This document shows positions 17,094 through 20,570 of a stretch of DNA of 20,570 bases, one piece after another (within the stretch, counting starts at the first letter, position 1; each line of letters opens with the position of its first letter). The notes below the pieces were generated by a model. It searched no databases. It had not been told where the DNA came from and saw nothing but the letters and a program-made list of their open reading frames with translations. Made by a program: the position numbers and the translations under genes. This DNA is from Octopus sinensis (Eukaryota), in assembly GCF_006345805.1 (NCBI RefSeq), contig NW_021823930.1, forward strand, positions 1 through 20,570, written 5' to 3'.

Positions 17094-17654
17094 GGTCGGG
17101 TGTCTGGGTGGTTGGTTTTCTAGTGTTGCTTTCGTGGTACTTATGGTAACAGATAAAACTTTTGATGAATAAAAACTAGAAACAACAAAACCAAAGAATT
17201 GGTCTTCACTCCAAGTCATTATCGTTTTGGCGAACATCGCTTTGATCTTTCCCAAAGAGTGCCGGCTGACATCTTTTTTTGACACACCTCTATTATTACT
17301 GGGGAGAAACAGAAAGAGGGGGGGTTTGGAAGGAGATGAGAGGGATCAGGGAAGGAGCGAAATATGCAGGAAAGAATGGGAGATTGATAGATAGGAAGAA
17401 AAGAGGTAGAGAGAAATGGTAGGAAGGGATAAAGGATGCAAAATATAAACGAATAAAGGCCATAGCATACGAATGTATGTGTAGGTATGTAGATGTATAT
17501 GCGTGCGCGAGCACAGGAATCAGGAGATCAGATGATGCGTAAGTAATCTTAATTTCTTCGTAGTCAGACGAAGTAAACACAATCCTGGTGGCAATTGTTC
17601 GCAGCGCATAAAGAAAAAAGGGGAGATAATTTTAAGAAATTAGGAACTAACATA

Positions 17655-17838
17655 GGCGCAAGAGTGGCTGTGTGGTAAGTAACTCGCTTACCAACCACAT
17701 GGTTCCAGGTTCAGTCCTATTGCGTGGTACCTTAGGTAAGTGGCTTCTACTATAGTCTCGGGCCGACCAAAGCCTTGTGAGTGGATTTGGTAGACGGAAA
17801 CTGAAAGAAGTCCGTCGTATATATATATATGTGTGTGT

Positions 17839-17885
<47 letters not shown>

Positions 17886-18116
17886 TTTGTGTGTATGTGT
17901 GTGTGTGTGTGTCTGTGTTTGTCCCCTCACCATCGCTTGACAAGCGATGCTGGTGTGTTTACGTCCCCGTAGCATAGCGGTTCGGCATAATAGAACGATA
18001 GAATAAGTACTAGGCTTATGAAGAATAAGGCCTGAGGTCGATTTGCTCGACTAAAGGTGGTGCTCCAGCATGGCCGCAGTCAAATGACTGAAACAAGTAA
18101 AAGAATAAGAGAATAA
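17655..18116 (+). mobile_element. SINE family A, full-length (tRNA head, CORE-like segment, internal microsatellite, LINE-derived tail)
   Basis: A box TGGCTGTGTGG at 17665-17675 and B box GGTTCAGTCC at 17708-17717. GGTACCTTAGGTAAGTG resembles the CORE motif GTGACCTTGGGCAAGT (from memory). Internal (TA)(TG) tract; the tail is shared with the LINE at 7324-7365. Confidence 0.92.
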
Positions 18117-18184
18117 CCTCCCGAACGTCACTCATTCTAAAGAGACGGAAAATTTTTTTTGTTAAGAAACAAGAGATACGGACA

Positions 18185-18360
18185 CAAGCATTGAGGCTGG
18201 AGTGTCGGAATACGATGGCTTGTGATATTTATTGAAGCTTTGTACATTCTGAGTTCAAATTCCATAAAGTTGCCTTTCAACCTTCCTGGGGCGCTAAATA
18301 ATGCACCGGCCAAATCCTGGGGTCGACACAATCGATTACAGCCAGTCAAAATTGCAGCGC
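18185..18360 (+). mobile_element. SINE family C, diverged copy
   Basis: TTCTGAGTTCAAATTCC...TTGCCTTTCAACCTTCCTGGGG...CCTGGGGTCGACACAATCGA parallels 18618-18842. Confidence 0.75.
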
Positions 18361-18440
18361 GATTTCCATGGCGTGTGAGTGATCGAGATCACAACATCCT
18401 GGGGCCTGAAAGGGACTCCAGTTCATCATAGTAACGGAAG

Positions 18441-18557
18441 TAAAGAGAAATGAATTGACTTGCTTAAGAACCCTACGCGCTGCTCGGTCCCAGAATTGAA
18501 ACCATGGACTTGCTCTCGTGAGTGCAACGCCCTAACCACCCGGCTTCGCGCCTTCAC
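18441..18557 (-). mobile_element. SINE family B head fragment
   Basis: Reverse complement GTGAAGGCGCGAAGCCGGGTGGTTAGGGCGTTG...GGTTTCAATTCTGGGACCGAGCAGCGCG...GTTCTTAAGCAAG is homologous to 690-780. Confidence 0.75.
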
Positions 18558-18617
18558 AGCTAAACCGAAAGGACACAACAAAGCAAAAACAAAATCCATT
18601 TGATATTTCATTACACT

Positions 18618-18842
18618 AAGGCGGTGAATTGGCAGTATCGCTGGAAAGCCGGACAACATGTTCAACGTCGTTTCGTCCGTCTTTAAGGTTCTGCGTTCAA
18701 ATTCCACCGAGTTCAACTTTGCCTTTCGTACTTTCGGGATCGATAAAGTAAGCACCAGTTGATCGTTGTAATCGATCCAATCAACTTGCTCCGCCCCCAC
18801 CCCCACCAAGTTGCTGACCTGCCAAAATGGGAAACCAATATT
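18618..18842 (+). mobile_element. SINE family C, near-full-length
   Basis: AAGGCGGTGAATTGGCAGTATCG head, GTTCAAATTCC B-box-like motif, central CTTTGCCTTTCGTACTTTCGGGATCGATAAAGTAAGCACCAG domain, and 3' CCAAAATGGGAAACCAATAT. Two related copies are in the window. Confidence 0.8.
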
Positions 18843-18908
18843 TCATGGCGTACACACACGCGCGCGCAAGTATCTCATTGTTAACTGCTCCTTCAAAAAA
18901 AAAAAAAA

Positions 18909-19300
18909 GTGGCTGTGTGGTAAGTAGCTTGCTAACCAGCCACATGGTTCCGGGTTCAGTCCCACTGTGTGGCATCTTGGGCAAGTGTCTTCTGCTATAG
19001 CCCCGGGCCGACCAATGCCTTGTGAGTGGATTTGGTAGAGGGAAACTGAAAGAAGCCTGTCGTATATATGTATATATGTATATATATGTATATGTGTGTG
19101 TGTGTGTGTGTCTGTGTTTGTGTGTCTGTGTTTGTCTCCCTAGCAACCGATGCTGGTGTGTTTACGACCCCGTCACTTAGCGGTTCGGCAAAACAGAGCG
19201 ATAGAATAAGTCCTGGGGTCGATTTGCTCGACTAAACGCGGTGCTCCAGCATGGCCGCAGTCAAATGACTGAAACAAGTAAAAGAGTAAAGAGTAAGAGA
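18909..19300 (+). mobile_element. SINE family A, near-full-length with two internal deletions
   Basis: A box at 18910-18920, B box at 18953-18962; body and tail are colinear with 17655-18116. Directly preceded by A14 (18895-18908). Confidence 0.92.
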
Positions 19301-19467
19301 GGGAACCGCATTTCAAGGCCTCAATAGCATAAAGTAGAGTAGATGTATTTGTTAAATCAGCAGATGGCACTCTCAACAATAATCATGTTTCCTTGTCAGA
19401 TGAAATTCTTAGCAGAACATAAACAAATGCTTTCCCATCAAAACAAACAAATTATTATATACATATA

Positions 19468-19729
19468 CTTATACATACATATTTCTATATAGACACATAT
19501 ATATACATATATATATATACCGACACATATATACATATATAAATATATTTATATTTATATACATATACATACACGTATATTTATATACATATACATATAT
19601 ATATATGTATATACATATATATATATATACACACGTAGATAATACACACATATATATATATACATACATGCGTTTAATCATATATATATATGCATATACA
19701 TACATATAATCATGCATACATACATATTG

Positions 19730-19797
<68 letters not shown>
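19468..19797. repeat. Compound (TA)/(CA) then (GA) microsatellite
   Basis: Direct inspection. Confidence 0.95.
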
Positions 19798-19864
19798 AAT
19801 GTGAATGTGTGTGTTGCGTGCGCGTGCGTGCCAGTCTAAACTTTCTCCCTCTATCTCTCTTTAG

Positions 19865-19956
19865 ATAATAACACTCCAATAGAAGAAAAACAAATTCGCA
19901 GACGAAGAAAAGATTGTTTGAGATGTCTAAACAGATAAAAAGTGAAGATTCTTGTT
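19865..19956 (+). other. Candidate 92-nt spliced exon (possibly carrying a start codon, MSKQIKSEDSC, or a terminal coding segment)
   Basis: Branch-like CTAAAC at about 19836-19841, polypyrimidine tract CTTTCTCCCTCTATCTCTCTTTAG ending 19864, and donor GTAAGT at 19957-19962. All three frames contain a stop within the exon; ATG at 19923 is open to the donor. Confidence 0.35.
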
Positions 19957-20321
19957 GTAAGTACGACAGAAGCAAACGGCGGCCGCGTGGATTGGGCAAA
20001 CGCTTCTGAGGAATACGCGCAGACGTCACATCGAATTAAAATCAATATAACAACGTCCTGATATCAGCGTTTAGTATCTCGCTTATAGAAATACCAGAAT
20101 TATCTTCGATAGATAAATATATTTAAAACAAAAAAAAAAAAAAAACGCAGGAGAAATAACAGGAATCATCTCTACCTGCTTTGCTATTCTGGTCGAGCGA
20201 AGATAAAAGTCTTGGGATTCTTGTAAGAAACTGAGTTAGATAACCCGGTGAGCGTTTTAGCGTGCTTTTAGCGAGGTTTCGCGCTTGGCTTTCGACACTC
20301 TTACTTTCAATACAAATACTC

Positions 20322-20570
20322 TCATCATTATCATCGTCATCACCACCACCACCACCACCATCATCATCATCGTCGTCGTCGTGGTCATTATCACCACCAT
20401 AACCATCACCACCACCACATCATCATCATCATCATCATCGTCGTGGTCGTCGTCATCATCATCATTGTCATCATCACCACCATCACTATCACCACCATCA
20501 CCACCACCACATCATCGTCATCATCATCATTGTCATCATCACCACCACCACCATCACCACCACCACCACC
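20322..20570. repeat. Compound (CAT)/(CAC)/(CGT) trinucleotide array, runs off the window
   Basis: Direct inspection. Confidence 0.95.

Noticed and set aside
15850-17285. Poly-His, poly-Asp, poly-Met, poly-Tyr and poly-Val ORFs
   Set aside because: Trinucleotide arrays open in several frames on both strands, with no splice signals or non-repetitive coding context.
17655-17730. tRNA-like sequence with A and B boxes (also at 720-780, 905-960, 18909-18970)
   Set aside because: No complete cloverleaf, and they continue into SINE bodies; called as SINE heads rather than tRNA genes.

Overview
This is an AT-rich, repeat-saturated animal genomic window with no intact protein-coding gene. The SINE families and microsatellite load look like an octopus or coleoid cephalopod genome; that is inference from memory, not a database match. 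Contents: (i) about 13 copies or fragments of three tRNA-derived SINE families, here called A, B and C; (ii) a 2.3 kb 5'-truncated, frameshifted CR1-group LINE on the minus strand (7300-9605), whose 3' tail is shared with SINE family A and shows compensatory stem changes; (iii) three decayed fragments of R4/Dong-clade (RLE-type) LINEs; (iv) a ~375 bp MITE-like element with long terminal inverted repeats; (v) a ~330 bp near-perfect palindrome; (vi) many compound microsatellites; (vii) one candidate spliced exon near 19.9 kb. The main signal not explained by the ORF track is a set of minimal type I hammerhead-ribozyme motifs read by hand from the sequence. Two have complete cores (6785-6827 minus; 9876-9919 minus, with a compensated U3:A8 core). 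One is a single substitution from canonical (6480-6531 plus), and four are more degenerate (6884, 11050, 12099, 12236). They match the architecture of dimer-cleaving hammerheads known from Penelope-like elements and retrozymes, but no Penelope ORF is visible in the window. Nearly all ORFs in the supplied track are microsatellite or antisense artefacts.
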